Source: Fimicolochytrium jonesii (lineage: Eukaryota). From it: a stretch of 64,000 nucleotides of DNA. Positions 44,790 through 58,284 of this stretch are shown in pieces. Location: positions 186,001 through 250,000 of the forward strand of contig NW_026515697.1 of NCBI RefSeq assembly GCF_025526975.1, read 5' to 3'. Position numbers and translations under genes: made by a program. The notes under the pieces are model-generated. The model ran no database searches, was not told where the DNA came from, and worked only from the letters and a program-made list of their open reading frames with translations. How positions within the stretch are numbered: position 1 is the first letter of the stretch; each line of letters starts with the position of its first letter.

Positions 44790-46652
44790 TGAGGGATGTG
44801 GGCGTGGCGGTGGTGGTAGTGTGAGCCGTGCCTTTGACGTTGCGCTACGCCTGGGGGCGAAGCATTATGTCTTTCGCCCCACAAGCCGCATCGGTTTTTG
44901 GCACCGGAGGTTTGACTTTTGCTGGTTTATTGTTTCGTCATTCAATACGAATTCTGTATATCCTGTACGAGTTGGACTTGTATGCGATTTCGAAGTCTTT
45001 GTGACGGCGTGTTGCAAGGTGTTGGGATAGCTTCGCGACGGGGGTCGCATAACGCTTATGTCAGCAAAAACACGTAGGTAACGCGTAGACTCCCAACATT
45101 TGCCCGCTGCCAAAACCTCGGAAACAAAACGACTGGCCAGTGGAACACTTCCAGAACATCATGCTTCTAACGGCAACCGATGAGAGCATCGATCGCCTTT
45201 CAAGCTGAACTGCTCGAACCAGTAGAGGAAAAAACACTGGCTTCTCAAACAAATTTCCGTCGAGTCTGCCGGCCATCCCACCTCCAGCTCAGCTGCACTG
45301 TTTGGGGACGTTTACGCTGCTCGCCAATGCGGTCGCCCCTCATTCACGGGAGCAAGAGTCGCGTATGTCCCTGTAACCGCGGTTAGCAAGCTTGTCAGAC
45401 ATGCGTGGCCGAGTGTTGAAGTTATCGGAATACCACCCCGGTTGTCTTGGCTCCAACGATGACGCTCGGCCCGCACCCACCGCTGATGGCTTATTTCCCC
45501 CGTGGTCATCCTGATGTTTGCTGCTGGTGTCAAGGAGCCGCCTGCTTCTGGCGACACGCACTTTGTGGCCGCGGGAGTCGGGGGAGGAACCAGCTCGCAC
45601 GGTTGCTGCCAAAACACTGGGTCTATGAACTACTCCCATCCGAGATCCTTCACCACACTCATAAGCGATTATGAAACTCGTGATCGTTCTGGAAGCGCAA
45701 CCTGCAAGTTCTCGTCTGGAGGAACATCGATCGCGTAAAGGCTGTGTCGGCAGAAACGCGTGAGTCGGTCGACTCGGCACGCGTTCTGGATCGAGTCCCG
45801 AATCTCGACATCCGCCCGTGAGACATCAAAAAGACGAAGAAACATAAATATCCTTCCAAGCAGACCCTCTCAGACGAGCCCGTCTTCCACCAATCGCTCC
45901 CCAGGTCCCCACCTGTATGCAATGAGGCTCGTACCCCGTTCGTCAGTCCCACCGCGGTTTGCAGCGAGTGTAGCTCGTCTCAGCCAATGACAAGCTGACC
46001 CACTGACAACGGAGGAGATGACAGCATGCCCTCGCTCGAGCTCTCTCCGAGAACTCATTCAGGGGTGCACGAGGGAAGGTCAAGACACGGAGTCGTCTAC
46101 CACATGGACACGACTCGGGCGCTTCCCCGAGGGACCACAGTCTCTAGGCCACGGCGGACCTGGAGTCCCGAAGCGACTTGCGCCTGGTAGCTGGGTTCCC
46201 AAAGCGTCAGCAAAGAGAGGGTGTGACGGTCACGGGGACTACTTTTCTTACAACACAGTACATTACCAAAACGTCAGAGGGATACACCTTCAACCCGCAG
46301 GAGAACACGATGTGGAACCACGTATAGCCTCGACGACGGACATATTCAATAGGACCGCCGTCGGCTTGACCAAGGTAATGATGCCTGGTGGGGAGTGTCT
46401 GAGTCTACTCGCCACCGGAACAAAGATGGCTGCCCAAAATTCTGTGTGAAAACAGTGTAAAAACGAAGCCCGCATTGTCCATCTTTAGGATTTCGGCCTG
46501 TCGCTCGACATCGGCATGTGGAGAGTTGTCAGCGACAGTCTCACCCGTTCTTTCGGACCAACCACATGCGAGGGCGGTTTCACGTCGTTGAGAGCAAAGA
46601 TGAAAGAGTGCTAGGGTGAAATAAGGAAAAGGGGAAAAGAAAAAAAAAAATG

Positions 46653-46724
46653 CTCCCAGTCCGGGAATCGAACCCGGCTCTTCCGCGTGACAGGCGGAGA
46701 TACTAGCCAATATACTAACTGGGA
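46653..46724 (-). tRNA. tRNA-Asp(GTC)
   Basis: TCCCAGTTAGTATATTGGCTAGTATCTCCGCCTGTCACGCGGAAGAGCCGGGTTCGATTCCCGGACTGGGAG, followed by an oligo-T Pol III terminator. Confidence 0.95.
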
Positions 46725-48581
46725 TTGGATGAAAGGACGCCGGACAATACTCATCATATACAGTACGTGTACTCCCTCGCTGCCAAGAAGATGGTGGCGT
46801 TGACCGACTCATTTGACTTTCGGGATATCTAGGTTGAAAACCGACAAACCCGTCCGGCAAATGATCAACACCCTGGAACCCCAGGTGTATGAAGGACTCC
46901 TCACGTCGGGACAAGCGGCTGATAAGGTGCTGCATGAGTTTATAGATAGGCAGCGGTGGGGGCTTCTCAGGTGACGGTTCGGGCGGCGATCGCTTGGCAA
47001 GGCACATGTTGAACATCTGTTATGCAAGGGGGCCTCAGATACTGGCAGGGTGGGAGGGAGGGTGCCGGATGGACATTACGATATGGCTTTCTCATTAGCA
47101 CGTTGCGTAGGCCGTTTGTAGTTCAATGCAGCGATAGAGAGAGCTATATATATAGGATGCCGGGGCGTATGGAGGCGAATGAATCTTTACATTCATATCT
47201 ATAGGACTGCTTTCCGGTCGGAGATGTCTGAATCTGAATGTGAACGCGTTCTGCGATGACGACGCTTCTCGCAGCTCAGCTTGTGAGGCTCGCATCCGAT
47301 AGCGTCGCGCAAAAGTTCTACAACACCGTCCCCATCCACCACTCTCACTGCCAAGAAGATCGCTCTTCCTGAGTTGCTTGGTCGGTGTGCAGAGTTGTTT
47401 TTGGACCCCTTTTAGAAGAGACTCCTCGGAGTGAGGCTGGATGCCGAAGGCACCAATGGCTCTAGAGAAGTGCCTCTCGATGAGTCGGGCGGTGAGGAAA
47501 TCATCCCCGCGGGCACAAGTTCCCGTCTTTGAATCCGTGCCGACCGTGGTGTGGGTGTGCAGAGTTGTTTTCTCCGGTCACTTGCACAGAAGGAGGCTGG
47601 CTGCACACTTTGGGAGCGACCAATGGTGGGTCTCATACAAGCGAGTTCCCCTTTGCCGCGAAACAATGATGTGCTGAGTCAGTGAGTTTTTGACAATGGG
47701 AGGCAAGAGATAAAATTTGAATGAACGGAGAGCAGGAGGGGGCTGCTGCGATTGGGTGGACGCCGGACGGGTGGATGCGGAGCCAGCGCCAAGAAGGCGG
47801 ATCGCGTGTGGGCTCGTTAATTATTGGGGCTCACGTGATTTATTTTAGGAGCCCAACAATCCACAATGCGCAGCCACCGATGAAGGTGTTTGCGCCGGGT
47901 CTCCGGTCCCCACAGACACCTTAATAATCGGTGAGAAGATAACGGACATCAACAGGAGAGACGCAGGAGAGACACAGGGGGATAAGGAGGGGATTGTGAG
48001 GAGTTGGTGGTGGATTGTGCTGTGAGTGGTTCTCCCGGGAGTCGGCCAGTGGTTCTGACTCACCGTTATGGGTGCAAGACAGGACCCGCCATATGAATTT
48101 GAAGCGCAACCGGGCGCAAAACTTGCATTATGGCAAGCACGGGCTCTGGTGTACGTTCGCAGCTCGCTCAAAGGACTTGCTGTGCAGGCAGCCGCCGCCC
48201 GCAACAGACGCCTCTCGCAGACTCCAAACGACACACAGACACACTCCCACAGGCCGCCACCACCACCCACCGTGCCTATCAGTCAGTCGTCTTTAGCCCT
48301 CAGCCTAGAGACACTTGTGTGTAGGAGTGAGTGCGTGTCTCGACATCTCGTCTTTCAGCAAGGGAAAGGGATTCTGCAACTGGGACCGTGTCGTTCAAGC
48401 CACACTTGTTGCTCTCGAGAAAGGCGAAGAACACCGCGCGTGGGAAAAACAGCGCCAGCACAAGGAGGAGCGTGTCCATGGCCTGCTGGAATTCGCAACA
48501 CTCATAAGGGCGAAAACGTCAAAAGGACGAAAGTCTGTCAACCTCACGGGAGACGATATCGGTATACCCCCCCCCCGGAGA

Positions 48582-50189
48582 ATGGCCTTCGTCATGGCAG
48601 CAGCACCAGCTTCAAACTCCTGCATTGTTCTCACAAATACAAAGACTTGTGCAGCTCAGGAAGGCCAACCGGTTCTCACGGGCGCATACTACAACTCCAC
48701 AGAAACCTTCGACGATTTCATAAACCAGTCTTTCGACGATAACCCAGCGTATGTGCAGGGCTTCAAATCGGGGTTCGACTGCCCAAACTACGACGGCAGC
48801 GGGCAACGCTACCACTTAACTTTCTATTGCGCGTGGCTGGTCCGTGCCTCCGCGGCCAGCTGCAAGAGTTTCGGGGTAACGCCTACGAAAGCGGCATTAC
48901 CATTATGCAGATCGACGTGCCTGGCGGCGCGGGACTCGCTGGTGCGGCTGTTTACAAACCCGACGTACTGCTCAGCAGCACCGAATGCACAGGCGCTGAC
49001 CACACGGACCGAATCGCAGAATGCCTACACGAGCATGTGCGGGGTCCTAAAACTAAATAGCGGCGCAGGCTGCGATAGCGGGACACTCGCTAGTGAAATC
49101 AACACCTGCGGATTCATCCACGCCCCTGAGGCCCTCACCTTTTGCAAAAATGCGAGCAAAAACGGCGCCACCATCGACCCATGCTGTAAACAAGTCGAAG
49201 GTTTTGAGTTCCCGACCGATTCACCCGTCAGCAAAGGCGTTATCGTCGGGATATCCCTCGGCGCCATTTTCGCCGTCATCGCCCTCATCTACGCCTTCTT
49301 TGTCTTCAAAGCGCGGCGTCAGCGCCAAAATCGCGGTGATGTAGGCGTGTACAACTCAGCAGGCAGCGGCCGCTCAGCAGCATCCACCCGTTCGGACATG
49401 AAAGAACGCAATCGGCCCCGCAGCGGCTCCCTCCACTCCCTCGCCATCGGCAAGGAGAAGGATATGTTCCGCGGCGTCGGGTACGACGAGGAACGCATTT
49501 TCTCCGCCTCCAGCTCGAACCACCATGACTTGTATAGTCCCCGCAGCCCGATGTCTCCACCATTCACGCCAAACCGGTCCTCGCGAATCCCGCTGATGAC
49601 ACACCGCGGCAGTTTTGCAGTAACGAGCCCGCCGCCAAATATCCCCCTCCCAAGCCTCCCCCGCGGACCAGAAGATACACCCACATCCCCCTCCCCATCC
49701 CACGACCCATTCCACTCCCCCGCCGCCTCCAACCCCTACCGCCTTACCGAACTCCTCACCCCCGAAACGCATTCCCTGAACGGGAGCACGATTGCCGGCA
49801 GCCATCGCAGTCGGAGCACGTTAGCGACATTGACTGCGCGAGAGGAGGCTACTGCAGCGACTGCGGCAGTGGCGGTGGCGGGAAGGAAACCGAGCGTGCG
49901 TACGGATATCCAGCCGACGAGGATGAGGGTGTGGGCGGAGTATGTGCCGAATGTGAATGAGCCGGATGAGTTGGAGTTGAGGGTGGGGGATGTGGTGCTT
50001 GTTGTGGAGACTTATAGTGATGGTAAGTGATTCATGACGGATTCTTTCGGATTTAGGAGGGAGTTGATTGACTGACTTTGGCCTTTTTTTTTGTCCTTTT
50101 CTCTAGGCTGGGCGCGTGGACAGAACCTCAGGGGATCACAAGAAATCGGCGTATTCCCCGTCGCTTGCCTGCAACCCACCAACTCGTAG
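48582..50189 (+). CDS. Type I membrane protein with a Cys-rich ectodomain, TM, Pro/Ser-rich tail and C-terminal SH3
   Basis: Many Cys, TM GVIVGISLGAIFAVIALIYAFFVF, SH3 EYVPNVNEPDELELRVGD...DG|WARG...GVFPVACL. Start uncertain. Confidence 0.75.
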
Positions 50190-50693
50190 ACCATCAACCC
50201 CGAACATTATCCACTCATTGCGCTTGGATGGGGCCCCACATGGCGTACACCCTCCCCATCAACCGCGACGTACTCTTCCTCCTTCCTATCTATCTAGTCA
50301 TCCCGGCGATAACCTAGAACCAGACACAGACCATTCTACACTAGACGAGAAGCTAGACATTTTCCCCACTGCCGCACGTACATAGACCCTTATCATTACA
50401 AGCGTTGAGCGCCCTTTTGACATTTTGCAATGTTTTTGCATATACCTGAATCAAACGTTTATCTATATGGATGGAATTTGCGTTCAAAAACATGTAGGGG
50501 TTGTGGAAGAAGTGCGCGTAGGTTGACCCAGACAGAATTCGGGACCACCGCGTTGAGCGACCATGGTTTGCACGCTGGTTTGCACGGCGTTGGGAGCATT
50601 GCGACCATTCATTAGACATTCCACTCATTCGCCCCAACACTGAAAAGCAGCCGAAGCCGGTCTCCCAGAAAGGCCCAGCCTCCCCTCCCAACA

Positions 50694-51273
50694 ATGGCCG
50701 TCCCACCACCCCCATCCACCACCCCCGCCCCCTCAGACATCAAGATCGACCCGTCAGTCTGGGAAAACCCCTACCACCCCCTCCCGGGGCCCCCCCAAAC
50801 CGCGGCCGAACGCACCCTCCTCCAATCCCTCATCGCCTCCGAACGAGCCTCCGCCCGCAGCGCCATCTCCGACAAACTGACCCATGCGTCTCTGAAAGAA
50901 TGCGCAAAGGACAATTGCGCGGACGTGGAATGGCGGTGGATGGACTGTCTTGTCAATGGCGGGTGGTGGGAACGGCAGATGGGGTGTGGGGAGCGGAAGG
51001 AGGAGTTTCGGCGGTGTATGCGCATGCAGATGGTACGTCTCTCGCGAGCCACCCCCGTGGGGTATATGGGTTGGTCAGAAACTCATAACCCGTATATGCG
51101 ATTGTCATTTCCGTTCGCAGGAAAACCTGAAACTCCTTGGCTATGAAAACCACGGGACGACAGCGCGGGAGAAGGCGATCATTGCGGACGAGGCTGATCG
51201 GGTGTATCTGAAGCAGAGGGCGGAGATTGCGAGGAAAGAGGCGGAGGAGAAGGGGCAGGCGGGGACGGTGTGA
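50694..51273 (+). CDS. Small twin-CX9C protein, probably mitochondrial intermembrane space
   Basis: CADVEWRWMDC and CGERKEEFRRC; one intron joins to ENLKLLGY. Confidence 0.7.
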
Positions 51274-52156
51274 GATTGGGGGTTGGGGGCAGGATATTTT
51301 CGGCGTTGTTGGTCAAGGCATGGGGAAGTGATGCACGGCGGGGTTGGGAGGGGCAGCTGGTAGGTGGGGGTCCGGGGTTCTTCGATGGAGTGGGAAGGGA
51401 GAGCACGGCGGAGCGAGTCGGTCGATTTTGGGCAGCGGGGTTCCATCACCTCGACCGCACACACGTATATAGTACGGATGCAACAATATCACTCGGTCCC
51501 TCCCCGCTCGAAGCTCGGGGGCGAGGCGTCGGAGTGTTCGGCATATGACTCGGCGTACGGCACGAGCAGGTTCGTGCGCCATAGAATACACCACTTCACT
51601 GGAAAGCATATCTCGGTCGGAGTTATTCATGTCATCTTTCTATGGCTGTTGGGCGGCTCTGGATCAGACTCGAGTCGAAGACTAGGCTGTATGCTTGATA
51701 CGATCGGCCTTTCGAACGGTCATTTCGAAAATACTAGGACCTGCTTGATTTGCAGTGCGCCTGCAGTCTTGATGGCAGAATCTAACGTTGTCTGCGATAG
51801 TAGATATGTTGAGTGTTTGGATGAGGCCGCCTTGGCTTTCGAGTCGGATGGGCATGACAACTTCTGCTTCAGCTTCAATGCTAGCGGGCATCTCCTGAGG
51901 ACCTGAGGCGGTTTCAGGATCATCGAGTTAGGCAGTCCAGCGAAGCAAGTCCTTCGGCCAATGTGGGACTTCCACGAGTCAGCGAAGATTTGAGGCACAT
52001 ATCTGATGTAAAAGTTTCCTTTATAATTGAGCATCATGTCAGAAAAGGCATGTGACAAAGAGAAAACGAGGCTCATAATGTAATGCAGAGGCCCCGGTGA
52101 ATGAACGCAATATAGTCTGTGTCTGAAATGGGACTTGGAAAGTCATATAAAGTCTA

Positions 52157-54552
52157 CTAGTGTACTGCGAGCGGAGTGCCGCCTTCGCCTCCAGGATTGG
52201 TATCCAAATTTTCAGGGTTTCGGCCGAAACCGTAGCGGGAAACGGCACCACGATAGTTGGCCTTGGGAGGTGGGAAGCCCGGTGGAATGTCGGGAGCGGA
52301 TGTTCGTGGCCGTAGGGATGAGGCACCGGGTGGCAGCGACCCCGGACTGATACCATCGCGCCGAGCGGGCACATACCACCGGGCGATTTTAGGTGGTACA
52401 GCAGGTAGTATACCGGTGGTAATCTTTCCAGGCTCAGAGCACAGATAGACAACGGACGGGGGGGAAGCCTTTCGTAGCCGCGGTGAAGAGAACCCGGGTG
52501 GCGCTGGTACTACGGGAGACATCGTTGGTGGTCGAGAGGAGGAGAAGCAATGAGGTGATTCATCCTCAGCGTTGGGGGCGATTTCAGGTCTCAAATACGT
52601 CCACGCGGTAGGTTCGGCAGCGCCTTCAGTGGCTGTTGTCGGCTGTATCGTTTGCGGGGGCGAAGGGTGTTGCGGTTCGGACCTAGCGAGTGGTTTCGGG
52701 ACCATCGCAACGCAAGCATCGTAGAATCGCTTCCGCTCCAGTTGTCTCGCACACCATATGGTTTTCTGCTCACTGCGGAAATCCTCGTAGGAGGACTTCG
52801 CCAACTGATGTAGCTTGAAAGTCAGCTGCTGGTGACGGAGATGCTCCTTCTGCGCTCTTTGATATTCCCACATCATTTGCTCGCCGTACCAAAGGTGTTG
52901 CTTCTCATCACTCGGCGTCGGACGCACTCCGAAAACATATACCATCTGATTCCATTCGGCCAGATGTGCCCGGTACCGCCGCTCGTAGTCAAGGTAACGC
53001 TCGTTGATGATTTGGAGCTCCGCTTGGGATTGTTTCCGGTCGCTCTCGTAGCTGGCGAGCGTTCTTTCGAAGCCATGCTGTGAAAGTATCCGCCTTTTCT
53101 CATGGAACTTTAGGGTCTGCTCATGCTTTTCCCGCATGCGCGTCAACTCAAGGATCCATTTCGGGGTCCCTTCCTTCTGCAGCGGTTTGTTCCGCATTTC
53201 CAAATACATGTCGCTCACGTGAATGAAATGGAATGACTGGCCATCGTCGGACCGTACGAGTCTCGTCCACGGCATTTGCGTGCCCACGTCGTCCCAATTG
53301 CCCTGTCTCCATACAGTATCCACGTGGTGTTTCCAAGCCTTGTACTCAGCTAGTTTTACATGTGTGTCGAAGTCCAAAACCTTGAGGAACTCCCATTCCA
53401 GCTGGCCAAGATCCAGCAACGGGATCCCGCTTAATGTATGCCAAGAAGGATTGCCCCATGCACTGAACGGATAAGAAAACCGAAAAATGATCAGTTGCGA
53501 GGTCATGCCAATTCTAGCTGCTCGCGGACAAACGAGTACTTACTTATCATCGTGGGCCTTGTTTGCAAGCATCAAGGGCAAGACGATGAGAATCACTTGT
53601 CCCCATGCATGCTTGTGAATCTTATCCACGAAGTTCTTTGCGGCCCTTTTGCGCGCGCTCGTGGCGTCATCAGGGGGCCCTTCGACTTGCGGAACGTGCT
53701 GTCCCGTCAACTGCGAGAGCTTGAACAGTAAGTACAGGGCGATGTACACTGTCGGCGGTGGAACGTTAAGCCTGGCATTGCGTAACAAATCTTCGGTCCA
53801 GCCGTCAAGACAGGTGTCCGTGCGCGGCGCCCACACACCGTCGCGCATGCCGTATGACGTATAGAGCGTGTTGCCGTCGTGCTCCTGACCAACTGCTTTG
53901 GCGGCCCTAACGAGGAGCATTGCGAGGAACTCGTATGACTCGGGTCCTGACCCGCTTGAATCAAATCGCAACTCGCCCGACTGGTCAACGAGACCACCAG
54001 CAGAGTCTTTGCAGCAAACGGCAGGGAGGTCCGGAACGGAGTGTTGTTCGATTTCCGGGCACAGACGACCCTCCGGAACGTCGCTCTCCCATGCGCTGGG
54101 GAAAGTATTGCTTTCATCTAGCGGCCATCCGAAAGTCAATTGATTTGCCTCGGGCCTAGGGACAATCGAATGATAGAAGGAAGAAAGAGAGGGAATGATG
54201 AGCAGATACATTCGCAAGATAAGGGACGCCCATCCCACTCCGACCGGAACCAGCACAACGACGAAGGAATTCCCAAAACATACTTTGGTCCTAGGGCAGC
54301 ATAGTATCGCCATTGCTCGGCCTCTGTGCTCAAATGCGATACGCCACCCTTGACGATCGCGAGCCGCTCCTCGTTGCTCGTCCACATCTTCAGAGTCGAA
54401 ACTTCCTCGGGCTTCATGACCGACAACGCACGCTTCCAGAGCTGTTGGGAGTACGGGTCGAAAGTCTGCTCGGTAACGGTCGGGGCTTTGAATGATGTGC
54501 TAGCGTCAAGGTCCAAGATACGACGCAGCTGGTAAACAGTCGGGACGGTCAT
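52157..54552 (-). CDS. Pho80/Pcl/Clg1-type cyclin-domain protein (spliced)
   Basis: PTVYIALYLL, LMLANKAHDD|, NPSWHTLSGIPLLDLGQLEWEFLKVLDF. Confidence 0.75.
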
Positions 54553-56390
54553 GATTGAGTGCGATGGCTCAATATGTTCGTGAGCGAAATAAGGCAAACG
54601 AAGCTCGAGAGCAGCGGGAGACGCAGGCAAAGCGACGGTGTAAGGATTAAGGCGGAGTTAATGTCTGCGTTGGCAACAGCTGGCGTCGAAACTGCAAATG
54701 CTGTCAATCTGCTCGAGGTCCAATGCTGCACAGGGGGACTTCTCATTACAGGAAACTTCGAGGGATTTGAGCGGGCACCGGAGCTTATATAATGGCTTCA
54801 ATTCGATGCTGATGTACGCCCCCCCTCTCCGTGGGTTTGCAAGGGCGGTCGAGGAAAAAAGGACCAGGTTGCGCCTCCATTGTCAGTGCGTATTGTATAA
54901 ACTTTGTTTACGTTTGTTTACCAAAACGAACCAACATGCTTTCTGACATTCGGTCATTTCCTCATTTCCGAGGCGCCTTCCTTAGCTAGGTCATGCTCAA
55001 CCCCCCATTGAACCCAGAGATCCACAAACGACTGGAAGTGGCGGGCTGGGCAGGCGGGCTGGGCATCTAGCCTCTCTTCCGCTCATATGCTAGCAAGAAT
55101 AACCTTATTTTTCCATTCTTCGGAACGTTTACGCCTTAGAGAAACGACGGGGAGATCGAGGTCAAGAGCGGACTCCGCGCGGACTGCTTACTAAGCGGCG
55201 CAGCACGCGCGCCTACCTGTCGAACAGGTGTCTTACGAGCCCTATCGGCCATTTCAAATTGGGACAAGCTTCTCGGTCATGAATGCGTATCAATGTCGTG
55301 CGTAGTCAACGGATGCTATACCCAGGCTACTCAGCCGGACTGAATAGCGGGGCGCCTTTTGACAGTTTTCGACGGGTTCATCAAGAAACGGTATAGCGGC
55401 ACATCGTTTCTGACCTTCCTCTACGAGCTAGTATCAAGTTGGTCTCATGCATCCGAGGGACTGTTCATCAGAGCTCAGGTCGCAAGCTTTGCGCCAGGAT
55501 TGGGTTGATGGCGGCAATCGGTTGATAGAACAAAGGTTAAATGGCCCCATCTTTTACTTTCATGTGATGTTGAGACCGCTCAACGTTCTTTGTGAGCATC
55601 GCTGCACCACCAAGTGGGAGGATGCGAACTGCACGCGCAACGTATCGGCTGCAACGCTAGATGCGTATGCTCTTTCTCCAGTGATCTACCTTTCCGAAGT
55701 CTCTTTTCCCTGACGAGTCCGATCGCGCAATCGGACTCGGCCCATGTCAGGTTGCGTGGATTGCGGCGACGCCCGGGTCATTGTCCAGGTTGCCCGATTC
55801 GCGAGGGCGGCTCAGGGTTCTTGTCACATTTGCCTTCAGGTTGTGTGAGTCGTGCCGGCGCTCTGCTGGGTGAGAAGCTTCTGTAGTCTGCGATTTACCG
55901 GAGAACGGACCGTGTGAAATGCTTCTGTGTGTTCCCAGCGAGCAGGGTGAATCGATTGAGCTGGCGAACGGCTTTTGTCTGTTGCCGGAGAGGGACTGCC
56001 AGTCCTCCATGTCCCTATTCCGCTGAGCGTGAATGTTGCTTGAATACTACCTTGAAGACCCTCGGCCATGTTTGACGAGCAGGCGGTCCCCCCCCCCCCC
56101 CCCCGTAAAAATTTTTCGACGACAACGATCAAGACTGCGCTAGACAGCGTAGAATCGCAACATCGGCATCCACCTGCCGCTCGCGCGACCTCGTCATGAA
56201 ACATCGAGCTGTGCGGGTACCTCACATCAAACTCCGCAAGTGACTCGATTTTCGGTGAGGTTGTCCTTTCCCATGGTCGATCAATCCTTGTTCTTCCGCT
56301 ATATACAGGATGTAGCTGAGCTTCCGTTTCGCTAGGTTGAAACTACTATGCATACACTACGGCTATGTTCAACTGGAAATCTCCCCGTCT

Positions 56391-57419
56391 TCATTTTGTT
56401 CGGGCGATGATGACAACTCCAGGCCATTGAGTCTCCCATACCTCATCCCTATCAGTAATCCCTTCCTCCTTAGCCGTCGTCTCGATGAAAGCATCAAGCG
56501 CGTCAGGGGCGCCCGCATGTTTATCGACATAGTTTTTGTACGCCGAAAAAGTGCTAAGATAGTCCTTCAACCCATTCAAGCTCAGGTCCCGCTCGATGAT
56601 CTGCACGCTCTTCTTGACAGCGTCATACTGGCGAGGCCAGTTTGGGGGATTGTGCTCGCTGACGAATGTGCCGCTTAGTGGGTAGTCCCACCTCTCCACA
56701 TCTACGAAGCCCGCTTCCCGAGCGGCATCTTCGAAACCCGAGTACTTGCTATCCAAAACGGCACGCTTGCCCTCCCAATACTCTCCCATCTGTCCCTCAC
56801 CGGTCCCATAACAGAACGCATGGACACGTTTCGTGATGCTTTCGCGTTTGGGGAATTGGAGGAGGGTGTAGCCCCAGACTGCGACAGTGCCTTTCCCATC
56901 GGGTTTCAGGACGCGGTGGGCTTCTGCGAAGAAGCGTGGGATGTCGAACCAGTGCGCGGCTTGACCGGCTACGATGAGGTCGGCGGAGCCGGTTGGGAAA
57001 GGAAGCCTCTCTGCGGAGGCTACGCTGACTTTGACGTTATTGGGGAGGCCTTTGGGTGCCTCGCTCTATTTGAAGTTCGCGTCTCATAACTCAGATGGGC
57101 ATGTTGATAGACTTTGAGTTGCACCGACTGACAAGACTCACCACCATGCGCTCGGACGGGTCCGTCGCCTGAACATTGGTGAAGCGCGATGCCAGTGCAC
57201 CAGCTACCTGGCAGGTCCCTGCACCACAGTCAAGGGCAGTTCCTGTACTTCCATGATGGTACTCCAGTAAGGCAGAGTATAGCTGGCTCGTGTACTGCGG
57301 CCGGTACCGAAGGTACCTTGCGCTATCTGTATGATACATTATTAGCTCCCAAAGGCCGTGAGAAGCCTGCAGCCACCTTGACAATCCATACCGAAGCCAG
57401 CTTTCGCAAAGGTTGCCAT
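56391..57419 (-). CDS. Class I SAM-dependent methyltransferase (Crg1/Tmt1-like)
   Basis: YLRYRPQY, ALDCGAGTCQ, DPSERM, SAERLPF, AGQAAHWFD, RVLKPDG. Confidence 0.88.
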
Positions 57420-58284
57420 GTTGCTGTGTTGATTTCTGATGTTCACACGGAGATGATTGTGACGCCTTTTGCTGCAACTGAAGCGTCGTCGGCTGGGAGT
57501 CAGTCGGCCCTATTTATGGGGGCGCTGACTTGGACGAAATGGAGGATCCGCTTGGAGCCTGCTGCCCGTTCGCCTGCCCAGTCAGTCCCAGCGAGTCCCC
57601 GAGCGGTACAGTACAGTACAGTACGTACCTCGTGCCCATGGTCGCGCGTTGCTATAGCTCCTGGGCCCGCCAAAGGAGCCTTCAGACGTGCCTCAGGATC
57701 GCGCCGCGTTTCCGAGCCTTGGCACCCCGATCATGCATACAGTATGTTCACATTGATGAGTGTCTTTTGAGCCTATAACATGTGGATTAGGGCTAATAGG
57801 GCAGCAGCTGTCAGTAAATGGGTTATTAGGGCAGCCGGGGGCTTACAAGGCTTAAATAGATCACTATTTAGTACTGAGTTCTGAAAGAGGGGACGGTTGA
57901 ACCAGAACCGCGGAATCTGGCTATTCTGATGAGAGATGTTCTGATGGGCGGCGGCGCGCTCACAAAGGGATCGATGGTGTCACAACTTCAACTTCAACAC
58001 CGACGCGGCAAACACCCGCAAAGAGCCCCAAACAGCAAGCAAGCAAGCAAGCGACGACCGAACTTACTGTAACTTACAAACGCACCGCTTTTTCATACAC
58101 TCTCTCCGAGGAAAAGGCTTCCAAAAGACGTATATATATACCTGTCCAGCTGTTCAGAAGAACTAGGCTTCGCCCGCACTTCACGGAAAGTTGAACGCTC
58201 ACATTTTCATTGGGTTTGAAAGGAAATCCCCAGTCCTTCCCCCCCGTTCCCCGTTCCCCGTACGCAACGAGCAGCACCTTAGCC

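Noticed and set aside
44800..48300. Numerous 60-200 aa ORFs around tRNA-Asp
   Set aside because: Overlapping GC-rich chance ORFs with no motifs; one of them reads through the tRNA.
54600..56340. Short ORFs and a poly-C run upstream of the cyclin gene
   Set aside because: No coding signal recognised; treated as intergenic.
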